Positions 46,721 to 60,582 of a stretch of 64,000 bases of DNA are shown here, one piece after another. Source of the DNA: Chiloscyllium plagiosum (Eukaryota); contig NC_057718.1 of assembly GCF_004010195.1 (NCBI RefSeq), forward strand, positions 31,457,479 through 31,521,478, written 5' to 3'. The position numbers and the translations under genes are program-made. Position 1 is the first letter of the stretch, and the number at the start of each line of letters is the position of its first letter. The notes below the pieces were generated by a model that saw only the letters and a program-made list of their open reading frames with translations, was not told the DNA's origin and searched no databases.

Positions 46721-49609
46721 TTTAAGGCTTTTTCAATATGTCAAAGCATTTAATATTTATAATAAGAAACTTAATAAATGGCAGTAGTAAAAATACAAAT
46801 GGAGTGGCTTCTTTACTTTATGTTTCCAGTCCTTAATTTTTGTCGCGCCCTTTTCTCCATTGCTAGAGGTTCCCTACTGCATCCAAGAGACTGTTACTCA
46901 CATTTGAGTTAAGATCAGTGGTTCCTGTTGGTAGACTATTCAAACTTAGCAGCATCATAGGCAAGCCCAATTCTATCAACCTTGGCTCAATAATAACATT
47001 TGTGTCTTAATGAAAAGTGCATGACTTTATGTCTCATTCCAGAGAATATAATACATAATCCAGGCTAACAGTACTTGCAATACCTGAGGGAGTTATAGAA
47101 GTATGAGTATATCAGGTGGACATTTTAGGGGCTAAATTGGATAACCCAAAAATGGGTGTAGAGATTACAAAGTTATAAATTCAAGGGCATTGATCAAAAT
47201 CTGAGCAGGGTATCAACTTTTCCACATGCAAACACACTCCCTACATTTTTGGTGGATGGAACCAAATCAATGAGTATCTCGCACTCAGTTGCAGTAAGCA
47301 GTCATTTTCTATATTTATTGTATTCCTTTAGCAAGTTGCAATAACCAGTTTTTCCCTAGATTCTGGGATGAATTAAATTGTTAGGTATACACAATATATG
47401 TGTGCACGCATATACAGATATGGAATTAAGTTATGTACAATTTGTTTACTATCTGATGGCACTTTATGCTTATTTATTTGATTTGAAAAACAGTTAATGT
47501 TTATGAAAATTGCTTTGTTTTTAATGAAAATTGTTAGCATTGACCCCTTACAAAATCCATTTTGACAAAGTAATGCCTATATCAAGAATAATAAGAATAA
47601 CCTTTAATTGTTCTCCATTAAATTAATTGTTCCTGCATTTAATTATTCCTGCATATTTTATTAATGCAGTTTAAGAGATGTTCACAGGCCCTATGTCTAG
47701 TTTTGACTTAAATGTTTAAGTACCAATCCAGTAATTGAAAAACTATTGGGAATGTTTGCTCTACAGACATTCATACATAAAAATCTCAATAGTGTCTTGT
47801 ATTTTTAGCACCATTTCAGAAGGATGCTCCTTTTTAATTAATTCAGAAACTGAGGGTAAGGCTCAGAGCTTATTGCTGAGAACACCACCAACATTGACCA
47901 GAGCAATAGAGTTGATGAGGAAAGTCGAGAATATAGATTGACTTTTAAAAGTCTAAATCCATGTGAAGGGAAAGAGTGGAAGGTAATGGAGTTACACAGC
48001 TTTGAAGTCCTGGAATAGAATGAGTCAATGGAGGAGACTGCAATGAAATTTGAGATGGCATTTCTCATTTAATGAAAATCACATTTCTATGCTCTTGACC
48101 ATTTTTCCACAGAAAACGTCTGGATATTTGCTTTACAGGGATTAAATTCGCAACATGCAAGTGAACACTGACTTTCAGACAGATAACTAAATCAGCATCT
48201 AGTAAACCATGAATAATAATTTGACATTTGAATCACTGTTTGGAAGAATAAAAATCATTTGAACTCCCCTGCAATGTTTTATAACTGAGTTTGCTTGTAG
48301 ACTCCACTCTTATAGTCATCACATCTGTCTAAGAGCTGACACAGTAGTCAAGTTTTTAGAGGAAGAGACCAGTAAAGGTTGATTTTAGCAGCTCAGATGA
48401 TTCAGTCCCACACACCCTGAAAACAGGAGGCCAGATCAATCTTGAAGCCTCATTTTGAGCCTTAATTAAAGAGATCAGGCAAGCTGTCAGTATTAATCAC
48501 AGTATTTTGGCCCATTTGAGAAATCGAGAAATTTGGTGCTGCAGACAATCATTGTGGCCTGCAGCAATACCTTAATGTTGAGTCCTGGAACCATTGGGGG
48601 TTAAGTGGAGCAGCAGATTTCAGCAGATTTTTATGAATGCGCACAGCAGTAAAGAGATGGATTTATAGAACTCTTAAGGCTCAAATCTATCTGGCAACCA
48701 AAAAAGCAACAATATGTCTAATCTGTTTCCAGCCTTGTATGTGTGTTGGGAGTGTTCTGTAACTGGAGGCCCACCCTTCCCATGATCCAGCTATAGCATC
48801 CATGATTTGTGGCTGAGCTCAAGAATAGCAGTAGCTATGCTGAATGAAATAATGGCATTTGTAGTCAAACTCTTTTTGAATGCTTTAATTAGCCTATGCT
48901 CCTTTTCAGTGGGTTGTTGGCCCCACAAAATCAAGGTCGACACAATAGTTAGAAGGGACTCATCTCCAGTAGCAAGTCAACTGATTAGTTTCCATTAATT
49001 TCATTCCTCCTAGCCCCTATAGAGATTTGGGGAGACAAAGAGACATAATTCTTCCTAGCAGATGCCAAAGTGTCAGGTCTTGAGAGTTAGAAGACCTTGC
49101 ACATGAAAGAAGAGGGACTAGATAGAGAATAATTCTGTCCTGAGATTTAGGGCAGAATTCTTAAGGATTACTCCCAAAATGAAAAAAGCAAATGTATATT
49201 AGTTTTATATTTTTACAGAAAGCCAAATTAAATTGATTAAATTGAGAGAAACTGATCTTGGTGCTCTGCATTGGTTCATCTTTCAGTGGAATAGTGTCAC
49301 CCACTTCAATACAAACTGCTTTCAGTTAGGTTGAAGAAAAGTGATTGTAAAAGCCATAGATGTCTTGCTTGGTTCACAAGGGATCATTATTATTACCTCG
49401 ACATTGTCAACTCAGTAGGTACAGGGTGGTATATTTCTACTTCTAAATAACTAGTTTTTAGAATTCCCATAATAAGTTGATTTTATATCAAATCTTTAAC
49501 ATAATAACATGTCTGAACACACTTATTGTGAGTATAAACAAAACAAGAATGTCTAATAAAACAAAGAGCAGAGACAGTGTTTTCAAGAGTTTTGTATTTG
49601 GAATGTTAT

Positions 49610-49900
49610 CACAGTGGCACAATGTTAGCACTTCTGCCTCACACCACCAGGGACCTGCGTTCAATTCTAGCCTTGGGTGACTGTCCCTGTGGAATTTTCT
49701 CATTCTGCCTGTGCCTGTGTGGGTTTCCTCTGGGTGATCCTGTTTCCTCCCATAGTCCTAAAATGTGCAGGTTAGGTGAATTAGCCATGGTAAATGTGGG
49801 GTTACAGGGAAACAGTGGAGTGTGGGTCTGAGGAGGATGCTTTTTTCAGGTTTGTGCGAACTCAATGGCTTCATTCTGCACTGTCAGGATTTTATGACTC
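49610..49900 (+). mobile_element. HE1-type V-SINE, diverged
   Basis: cagtggcacaatgttagcacttctgcctcac…gttcaattc…aatgtgcaggttaggtgaattagccatg. Confidence 0.8.
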
Positions 49901-49909
49901 ATTTAGGTT

Positions 49910-52000
49910 CTCCATGCTGAAGGCATCACCACCAACTCTGGGATGAAGAGAAAAGAGGCGGGTTCTGGAAAAAAGTAGTGTTATAGTGCAGGAAGAGAGT
50001 GTAAGACAGAGAAAGGTGAGTCCATGGAGGATCAGAATTTCAGGACAGAGGCATTTGGGTACTGAGAGCAATTGCAGATCAGTAAGCTTGGGGTAAGGGG
50101 AGGACGGTATTTGGTGCAAATTAGGATGCAGCCATCAGAGGTTAGGATGAACTTAATATTTGGAAGGATGGAAGATAGAAGGACAGCCAGGAAAAATGTT
50201 GAATAGGTAACAGAAGCATGCGTGTGAGTTTCAGTAACAGATGGGCTCAGACAGGAGAGAAATGTCCAATGTACAGAAATGGTCTTGATGATGGTGAGGA
50301 CAAAGGATTGAAAACTCAAGTAACCGAGAATTTCTCTATTACTCCTACCACTACTTCACAACTTTCTACTGGACTTTCAAACCTCACTTCATATAATGGT
50401 GCACTTTATTTTCCACTATGAACTCTACACATTGCCAACTTTTCTGGCAATAGTCCTTCTGAGTTATGTATCTTCTCCTCTCTTGCCGTCAAAGATTAAC
50501 TTGCTCCCATAAAATTTCTTAAAAATCTTTACTTCTTTACCTACTCCTACTGGCATACATAAGTAAACCATTCCCCCGCAACTCGGTTCTTTAAAGAGAT
50601 CTGGCATTTTCTTCTCAAGCAACCCCTGGTCAGGTTGTACATTCTTTTGTAGCTTAATAGCTCCCACTGCGCTTTCCTTTACCACTTCAATAAAACTCAC
50701 TGGCTTATCCTGTTTTCCTACATCTGTCTTCCGAGTGTTATTTTTTAAACCACCAATACTGCAACTTCATCTGACCCACTTTATGACAGTGAAAACATCT
50801 GAGCTTTTTTTATTTCTCTTTTCTCCTTATGGACTTCCTTTTTACCCTGTGGTACGCTATCTTTATTATATTCAATGTGATCTCCTTTTCCATTCTTCTA
50901 TCTCTTACAGATTGAAATTGATGTTGGAAGCCAGACTTTGATTTATAAACCAATTCATAATCATCAGCCTTTTCTGCTGTTAATCTTGCAGTCTTAACTC
51001 ATTGCTCTTCCACATGAGTTCTCATTATTTCAGGAAGTGAATTTTTGAACTCCTCCAAAATAATCATCTTTCTCAGAGCATCTTATGTTCAATCTATTTT
51101 CAATGCCCTTAATCACCTATCAAAATAACTTTGTTTGATCCTTTCAATCTCTATGTTTGTTTCACCAGATTCCCTCCTTAGATTCCTGACACATTGTCTG
51201 TAGGTTGCTGGTACTACCTCATATGCACTTAAGATGGCTTTTTCACCTCATTATACTCTCCAGATATCTCGTCTGATAGTGATGCAAATAGCTCACTAGC
51301 TCTACCGACCAACTTTGTTTGGATCAACAATACCCACATCATCATTCCATTCCATTTGTTTAGCCACTTACTCCAATGAAATGATAAAGGTTTCGACATA
51401 CTTCTCATAAAACTTAGGCAATGCTTGGACATATTTAAACAGATTTCCACCAAGCTACAATGGGTTTGCTTTGCATCACTGTCCTCATCACTACTCCCAC
51501 CTTTCAGCTCTACCTCCATCATTTTGAGTCAACTTTGAATTTTCAGTTCCAACCTCCGAAATTCAAACACTCTCTCTTTCTCCCTTCCTGGTGCTCGGGC
51601 CATCCTTGTCTCTTCTTTTTTGTTCTACCAGGGCTTTTCTTTCTTAATCTTTATCCCTTGCCATTGCCTCTAATTCAAACTGCTTGATTTGTAACTGAAT
51701 TTTAGCAATCTCCAATGATTCTGATTGCATTCTTGGTAATTGTTAATGCAGAGATATTGATGCAATTATGTTTCCCCTTCCTCACAGACGCAGGCAACTC
51801 CAACTTCAACTTCTTCACCAAGTCCGAAAACTTTCCCTTGCTCACTTGTTGTAAAACTCAAAGTGACTTCTTTGAGCCCCAGGAAACTCTTAGTGACTGA
51901 AAGAACTATTATTGCACATGGCACTCCATATTTAAACCAACTGAATACAACACCCATAATAAAAAAAACACCAACACTCACCACTCATAACCTTTGAGTC
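49910..52000. mobile_element. L2 LINE fragments, old (a - strand piece ~49910-50315 and + strand pieces ~50340-52000)
   Basis: Strong purine/pyrimidine strand skew and L2-like motifs (ccatggaggatcagaattt, cagctctacctccatc). The - piece resembles 62990-63300. Confidence 0.5.
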
Positions 52001-52059
52001 CAATAATCCTAAACCCAACCTGGAATTAGATATTTTGATCCTGACAAGAGACCCCAGTT

Positions 52060-52684
52060 TGTTATGGATCAGACTTAACCCCCTCAAAACATGTCAAGGA
52101 GATAGCCTAGACCCTAACCTTTTCCTACTTTGAAGGCAAGGGCCAAGCATAGCATTCCAAATGTAATTCAATTGGTCAAACTATCAGGCTTGAAGCAAAA
52201 CAGTTTATTCATACACTATGGTTAAAACAAAAGAAAGGATTGGACTAATTTAACTTTATTGGAAAACTTAGCAGAATGACAGATCATTTAACTACTAAAC
52301 AGCAACTGTTCCAATACAGTAACCTCCCATAAGCACACCCTTGGCAAAGGCAAATTCAGTAACATAGATAGTCTCACATGCAATTCTAGCAGCAGGAAGA
52401 GAATCCCAGCTTTTAGCTGTAACAGAGAGAGGAATAAAAGCTTCCACATCCATCTTCAAGATCCCAATAATAGCCACTGAAAGCTCAACCAAAAATACTG
52501 TTGCTGTGGGAGCCTGACCCATATTCAGGCTGTTTCTAGAGTTCCAACTTTAAAAAGAGCCCCAAGACCTCACAAGCTGTTTATTTTATTCTCATTGAGA
52601 AGACCACTCGGTACCTCTATCCTCAACCTCTCTTCATTAAAAAAAAAAGCAAAATACACTTCTTAAAAATATAGTATCATCACA
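52060..52684 (-). mobile_element. Probable solo LTR
   Basis: ~625-bp block bounded by TGTTATG…CATCACA (imperfect terminal inverted ends) with AATAAA on the - strand (~52204-52209). No TSD seen. Confidence 0.5.
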
Positions 52685-54234
52685 GGGTCAAACAGAACAT
52701 CAAGGAGATCCAAATTCAGAACAAGTTGTGTTCCTTTGTAATTAACAACACGCTTAAAAATCATATTTACAATGAATGAGATCTCCTGTTGGGGACTGTT
52801 GAAGTTGGCAATTAGCCTCTGTTTCATGTGATTGTCCTCAGCACGTTTTAGCCTCAGTCTCTACTGGTTTATAGATCAAATGAAAACTGGTTCAGACAAT
52901 ACCTCAGCATTACAGAATTGCTCAAGGAAACAGGTCAATTCATTGAACTATAAATTTAGCCTAACGGAAAGCCTTTACTATAACTATGCAGTAAAAATCA
53001 CATTTTTATGTCATTGTTTCAAGTGACTTTTTATATGCTGGTAACAAATATCTCTGAGAACTGCATTTGAAATCAGGCTAAAGGTCACGTCACTCCTCCT
53101 AAATAAAGTACCAACCTTGTAATTCCACAAGGTAAAACAGCAGGTTTTCTATAGTAAAATAAGTAATGTAAGTGATACTCAAACAATCTGTTAATTCAGT
53201 GCCAAGCTAAACATAAGTATGCCTCTTTCTTTTCAATGTGTTCTCTATTGTAATTAACCCAATATCCCATTTATGTCATGGGACAGCCCTTCAAGTTCAG
53301 CATGGCTTTTAAAGGCAGCATGATAATATAAAACAGGCAATACATGCATCTCCAGAGATAGAGGGCACCATCTTGCATGAAGGTTTGGCCTTGTCAGCTT
53401 GCGGGCAAAGGTAGCAGTGGCTGTAAATGACACCTTATTACTGATGTCGTGTGTCACCAGAGTTGCCATTTTCCCCACATCACCAGCAGACAGATTTCTC
53501 AGTCCACCTGCTGAGGCCAACAGTATCACTTGAACCAGGTGTCTGCTATTCCTATTAAACTGCAGTTTTCCTGCTACACATTTTTAAACCAGATCATGTT
53601 TCACTGTACAATATAAATGGAGTATTGTGTGAAATCTTAGTGAGTTCAATCTGTCTGTCATTTTTTTTTAGAACTACAGGACAGTAATGTTGCACTGCCA
53701 AAACTACTGCATGAGTAATAGCTCATTTTTCTGGCATCCAAACAATGCACAGGCCCTGCTGCCAACATCTGACCCTCCTGGAGTTATTCATTCAGCTTTA
53801 CTATAATGTGCCTTTAACAGGGAGCCAGTCCTACCTGAATACACTGGTGAGTAACTCTTTTATTTACTCATCATTTTCCATGACACTGTGCCAGTAGAAA
53901 TAGCAATAAAATGATTTATAAAGATCAGGGAGTTAAGGTCTGGGTTGCAAAACTCATTTAGTCATAGAATCATAGAAATTACAGCACAGAAGGAAGCTGT
54001 TTAACCTATAATACCTGTGCCAATGCTAGCTCAGGTACAATTGCCAAATACCCTTCTTCTGAGCTTTCATTCTTCAATGATTGTGTGATTAAATAACTCA
54101 GAACTTTGCTACTTGATATTTGTAAATTGATTCAGTGTTAGTTCGGCTGGCAAAGAACCTCAGAAAAATGGTAGGTTAGGAAAATGCATTTCCTCACCAG
54201 TATTTTTGGGTGGCACATTTATTCCTTGTTAAAG

Positions 54235-54365
54235 TAAAAAGGAAGACTTGCATTTCTATAGCATTTTTCTTGACCATTGATGTCTCAAACCACTTTACTC
54301 AAATTAAGTACTTTTGATGTGTAGTCACTGCTGTAATGTAGGAAATAATGGCATGTATTTCTGTG
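54235..54365 (-). mobile_element. DeuSINE 3' fragment
   Basis: gacttgcatttctatagc…aagtacttttgatgtgtagtcactgctgtaatgtaggaaa is the reverse complement of the Deu/L2-type tail. Confidence 0.65.
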
Positions 54366-54899
54366 TTTCATTTTGACTCTGCTCTTTGTAATATTCCCTT
54401 CAGTCGACATGTGTGGCAAGTGCTGTCCTCTATTTATTGCTATGTTACATTGTAGCCTCCCGACTATATAATATATTAAGCAATGAGCATTCTGTTACTG
54501 ACCTTGTTAATATAACAACTTGAGGTAAAGGAGACATGAGGACCCTTAAAACTCCTCTGCCATTCAAAACGATGAAACCTTAATACGACTTTTGTGTCTT
54601 ATTACCAAATTACTAATTAATTTAAACCTACTTACTCAATTAATTTAAGCTTGTACTTTACGAGAATCATGTTCAATGTACAGATAGTGGAAGGAAAATA
54701 ATCAATGGTAATACAGTTCCACTGCTGACAGCCAAAACACTGCTATTAATGCAATTTGCCACTCTGCATATTGAATTGCTTACCCCTTCAATTTTCAACA
54801 CGCATGATTTTCAGAAGAAAGAATTGAAATGTGAGAAACAGACATAATGTTAAACTTTCAAAAGCAATGTCTAAAAAGGTGCATCGTTGGAAATGCTGA

Positions 54900-55150
54900 T
54901 GTGAAATTCAAAAATAGCTTCTTCCCTGCTGTTATTAGGCTTCTGGAATGGACTTCTCAAATTTTAAATTTAATTTTGATCTCGCTCTTTGTCCACCTTC
55001 TCTGCAGCTGTAACATTGTATTTTTCGCTCTGTTCTATTACCCTATGCATTTTCTATGGTATGGTATGCCTTTACTAAATGCAAAACAAAACTTTTTACT
55101 GTAATTAGGTACACATGACAAGAATAAATCAATTCAAATCAAAATCAAAT
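54900..55150 (+). mobile_element. Rex1/Babar LINE 3' end
   Basis: FKNSFFPAVIRLL C-terminal motif, followed by a 3' UTR, AATAAA and an (aaatc)n tail. Confidence 0.7.
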
Positions 55151-55373
55151 TTACATCAAGTTTTTTAGAGGAACTTTCATTGTGAAGCCTAATGGGTTTT
55201 CTTGCCATATCTTATGAAACTCACTGCAATAATCACCACTGTGCTCCTTTGGTATTGTCATGTCCAGTTAAAGGCCCATTTTGCTACACTCACACTCAGC
55301 AAATATGCAACAAAAGAACATCTCTTGCACCTTTGCCATCTTTGAAAGCCCATTGTGCCCCCAATCAAGTGTT

Positions 55374-55542
55374 AGAATAGAATCATAGAATTGCTACAGT
55401 GCAGACAGAGGGCATTCAGCCCATTAAGCCTGCACCAACATTCTGAAGAGCATCCCACCAAGACCACAAGCCTCTCCAAATCCCTGTAACCCCATGTTTG
55501 TCATGGCTAGTCTATGTCACCTGCACATGCCTGGACACTATG
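55374..55542 (-). mobile_element. HE1 SINE 3' portion
   Basis: (agaat)n tail…gaagagcatcccacc…catggctagt…cacctgcacat. Confidence 0.75.
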
Positions 55543-55559
55543 TTATTGTCCCTCACTAA

Positions 55560-56400
55560 CAACGTTGTGGCACATCAACCACAAAGCGGCACTGCCCTTG
55601 GCAGATAGTCAGCATGCGCCCTCATGTATATCACACCATTCACTCACCCTCATCATGGTTAAACCAACACACCATACACCATAGCTACCGCCATCTGAAT
55701 ACTCTCTATGGCAGTGCTACCCTGTCCTCAATGCTCATTCTACATGCACAGCTTGTCATTATTCATTGGCAAGCAATTGGAAAAATCTAAATGTGAGCTT
55801 TTATTTTCAAATAGCAAATGTGAACACAAGTAAAAACCAATTGAGGTTGAAATTCATCCCGACCTTGCCAACCAGATTTCCGCATCATGTCCAATTAATA
55901 TTTTGCAGTTGATTATCTGCTGCACCCAATTCTCATCAAATGGAATTGGCTTTCAATGAGGTTCTGTACAGCTTCTGGCAGCCATCACAGCTGAGCTCCA
56001 CCATGCGCAGGGAAGGCGTCCTCCTCCCTATGTCTTCATTCCCCTCCTTGGAAGATTGTTCCTGTTCCCAGGTTCCTCAGCATCGAGCACATCAACTTAT
56101 TGCTTGCTCCAATCATGCATACGACTGCATACCAGGATGACATGGCATATTCCTTCTGGACAATATTAAAGGACCCATCAAAGACAATTCCAAGCAGTAG
56201 ATCCACAGTTTAAGTTGTCCTATACTCTGCTTCACCTCAGCCCTGGATGAAGATAGGGTGGCATTAAAATTGCACTTCACATCAGTCAGTGGTTGCACAA
56301 TGGTGTCACGGGCCATAGTCGAAGTGGTAGGCCACGTTGCCCAGAATTCAGTCTTGTGAGGCACCTGGAGCCTCAAATGAACCAGTTAGATTAAGATGCT
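55560..56400 (-). pseudogene. Harbinger transposase C-terminal remnant
   Basis: VQPLTDVKCNFNATLSSSRAEVKQSIGQLKLWIYCLE resembles P.T.AE..YN.AH..TR..IE..IG.LK.RFRCLD. Confidence 0.65.
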
Positions 56401-56410
56401 CTACAATGTC

Positions 56411-57348
56411 AGAGTCATAGAGTCATACAGCCCGGAATCAGAAACTTTGGTCCAGCCAGTTCAATCATTTTCCTAAACTAAAATAGTTCCACCTGCCTGA
56501 TTTTGGCCCGTATCCCTCCAAGCATTTCCTATTCATGTGCTTATCCACATGTCTTATAAACATTGTGACAGTACCTGCATACACTACTTTCTCTAGCAGT
56601 TTATTCCATGTGCGAATCACTCTGTGTAAAAAAGTTGCCTCTTGCCTCCTTTTTAAATTTTTCTCGTCTCACCTTTTGAACTCCCCACCCTAGGGAAAAG
56701 CCCCTTGTCATTTATTTTATCTATGCCCCTCTGATTTTATAAACTTGAATAAGATCACCTCCCAACCTTCTACGCTCCAGTGAAAGAAGTCCCTGCCTTT
56801 CCAGTCCATTTTTTAATATTTTAAACCCTCCATTCCTGGTAAATCTTTTCTGAATCATCCTCAGTTTAAGAATATCCTTCCTATAATATAATATATCCTT
56901 CAGAGGGTGACCAGAACTGCACTCAGTACTCCACTACTTCAACAACATTCTGTACTCCTATGGTCAAAGGTTTGAGTAATGTAGGCAAGCGTGCTAAATT
57001 CTTTCTTAACTACCCTGTCTATCTGTGACGGAAAGTTCAAAGAATTGTGTACCTGAACCCCTAGCTCTCTTTATTTTACAATATTACCCTGGGCCAAAAA
57101 TTGTATAAGTCTTGTCCACATTTGTTTTACCAAAATGCAAAATCTCACGTTTATCCAAATGAAACTCCATCGGCTACTCCTCAGCCCATTGACTCATTGA
57201 GCAAGATTTCTTTGTTATCTTATCTTCATCACTGTCCACTATACCATCAATTTTGGTGTCATTTGCAAATTTACTAATCTTGCCTCCAAAATTCTCATCC
57301 ATATCATTCAAAGAAATGACAAACAAAACTGTACTCAGTACTGAACCA
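56411..57348 (-). mobile_element. HER1/CR1 LINE 3' fragment
   Basis: (AGAGTCAT)n tail; ttttggtgtcatttgcaaatttact is the reverse complement of SKFANDTK. Confidence 0.88.
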
Positions 57349-58355
57349 TTGCTTTCAGAGAAGTGAAGAAACAGCTATCATCCTCTCAGGTATTAGCACA
57401 CTATGATCCCAAGTGAGATCTGGTATTGACATAGGATGCTTCTTCATACAGCATTGAGGTAATATTAGTTTATAGGTGGCCCAATGGAGAGAAACGCCAA
57501 ATAGCATACACATCTAGCACTTTGGTTAATGCAGAGCATAAATTCACACAGATAGAGAAGGAAGGTTTTGCGGTCATATTTAAAGTCAGGAAGTTCCACC
57601 AATACATTTACAGACCTAAATTTGTAATAATAATGGATCACAAATGCCTGCTACGTCTACTCAAAGAGGACAAGGCAGTGCTGCCCATAGCTTCAGGCTG
57701 AATTCAGCAGTGGGCTCTAATACTAAGTGTGTATAATTACGAGTTGGAACACCATTTTGGAGGCCAAATAGCAAATGTGGGTACAATGAGTTGCTTCCCA
57801 CTGGCAGATACCCAGTCAGTGGTATCCTCACTGGAAGAATCTGCAATGCTTTTAAATTTTCTGGACACACTTCCGGTCACAGCTGACAATATCAGATTTT
57901 AGAGGCAGAAAAATCCGGTCCTGGCAAAACTGAAAGAGCTGGTGGTGACGGAGGAAACCAAAGGGCCATCACCACCAGAATTGAAACCTTTTTGGACGTG
58001 GAGAGACCCAGATCACTGTAGAGGATAGCATATTATCATGGGGAGCAAGAGTGATTGTCCCAAATAAAGGTTGCCGCCAGATACTGGCTGAACTCCACCA
58101 GGATCATCCAGGGTTTCCAAAATGAAGATGTTGGTGAGATGTTATGTCTAGCGGTCAGGATTGGCTGTGTTGGTGGGTCACTGCCCAGAGTGTCAACAAG
58201 AACAAACATTACCGGCAGCAGCTCCCCCACATTTGTGGGAATGGCCAAATAAACCCTGGACTCAACCACAAGTTTACTATGCAGGTCCTTTCATGGTCAC
58301 AAAATTCTTAGTCATTGTAGACACCCAATCAAAGTGCCTGGACATGCATAGAGTT

Positions 58356-59694
58356 AGATCAGAGAACATGAACATTACAGCACAGTCCAGGCCCTTCAGT
58401 TCTCGATGTTGCGCCGACCTGTGAAAACAATCTGAAGCCCATCTAACCTACCACTATTCCATTTTGTCCGTATATCTATCCAAAGACCACTTAAACGCCC
58501 TTAAAGTTGGCAAGTCTACTACTGTTGCAGGTAGTGTGTTCCACGCCCCTACTACTCTCTGAGTAAAGAAACTATCTCTGACATCTGTCCAATATCTACC
58601 ACCTCTCAATTTAAAGCTATGTCCCCTCATGCTAAACCACCACCATCCAAGGAAGAAGGCTCTCTCTGTCCACCCTATCTAACCCTCTGATTATCTTATA
58701 TGTCTCAATTAAGTCACCTGTCAACCTTCTTCTCGCTAACGAAAACAGCCTCAGGCCCTCAGCCCTTCCTCATTAGACCTTCCCTCCATATCAGGCAACA
58801 TCCTAGGAAATCTCCTCTGAACCCTTTCCATTGCTTCCGCATCCTTCCTAAAATGTGGTGACCAGAACTGTAAGTAATATTCCAAGTGCAGCCACACCAG
58901 AGATTTTTTTCAGCTGTAGCATGACTTCATGGTTCCAAAACTCAATTCCTTGACCAATAAAAGCTAACCACCATATGCCTTCTTAAAAATCCTATCAACC
59001 TGGGTGTCAGCTTTCAGGGATCTGTGTACATGGACACCAAGATCCCTCTGCTCACCTACACTACCAAGAATCTTACCATTAGTCCAGTACTCTGCATTCC
59101 TGTTGCTCCTTCCAAAGTGAATCACCTCACACTTTTCCACATTAAACTCCATTTGCCATCTCATAGCCCAGCTCTACAGCTTGTCTATGTCCCCTCTGTA
59201 ACCTACAACATCCTTCTGCACTATCCTCAACTCTACCAACCTTAGTGTCATCTGCAAATTTACTAACCCATCCTTCTACGCCCTCATTCAGGTCATTTAT
59301 GAAAATGACAAACAGCAGTGGACCCAAAATAGATCCTTGCTGTACACTACTCGGAACTGAAGTGTAGGATGAACATTTCCCATCAACCACCATCTTCTGA
59401 CTTCTTTCAGCTAGCCAATTACTGATCCAAACCACTAAATCACCCTCAATTCCATGCCTCCGTATTTTGTTCAATAGCTTATCATGGAGAACCTTATCAA
59501 ATGCCTTACTGAAATACATGTCCACTACATCAACTGCTTCATCCTCATCCACCTGTTTGGTCACCTTCTCAAAGAACTCAGTAAGGCTTGTGAGGCATGA
59601 TCTCTTCACAAAACTGTTGACTATCCCGAATGAACTTGTTTCTTTCTAGATGATTATAAATCATATCTCTCATAACCTTTTCCAAAATTTGTTT
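58356..59694 (-). mobile_element. HER1/CR1 LINE inserted in Gypsy integrase
   Basis: RSCLTSLTEFFEKV…FSKAFDKV…QGSILGPLLFVIFINDL…SKFADDTK. GTT flanks both ends. Confidence 0.92.
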
Positions 59695-60582
59695 GTTTAT
59701 TCAACGAACACAAGGACGACGATAGAAAAACTGCATGCATATTTTGCAATACATGGTGTCCCAGAAGTGTTGGTCACAGATAACAGGCCATCATTTATCA
59801 GCAGGGAATTTGAGTACTTTCTAAAATCGAGTGGTATTTGTCATGTAAGGCCAGCTTAAAGAAACACCCTCCAGCTTCACTAGATACCAAACTGTCCCTG
59901 TTCCTATTTGATTATAGGGACACCCCTCATCCAAAAACAGGGATAGAGTTACTGGTGGGGAGAAGACTCTGCAACAGGTTTATTCTGATCTTCCCAGACC
60001 TGGGGGGAGGGTGAAATGGCATCAGGAACACCAATGCAGGACTCAAGACATTGCTAAGCAAGAGAGACAGTTTACTTCAGGGAACAAAGTTTGATGTGGG
60101 AACCACGGGAATTACCCCGCATGGGTAAGAGGCATGGTCGATACAAAGTTAGGTCCAGTGACATATAAGTTTCAGGTGGTTGTAATGGACCTGAACAAGC
60201 ACATGGACCATATTAAATCTGTAAACGTGGCCTGCTCCTCAACAGACTTTCCAACTGTTCCAGAATCCATGAGTTCTCCCTCTCTGTCAAGGGTAGGGGA
60301 TACTTCAGAATCTGAGTCAGACACGGAAGATGTCACCTTCTTGATGCCTTAGCTGCTTGAAGAGGAGAATGAATTTCTTCCAAGACACTTTAGGCGGAGG
60401 CAGAGTTGGAAGACCTGATCTGGTGGTAATATCACCCAGGAGGAGCTATCAAAGAAAGAACCAGCTTATGTCCTCAAAGGGTAGTGATGGTAACAAGGTC
60501 AGCTAGGTGGACCTCATAGAATGAGCTCCTCGTTTGGTGCTGTTGATCTGGTTTAGTCAGGGAGTCCTGGCTGATAGATATA

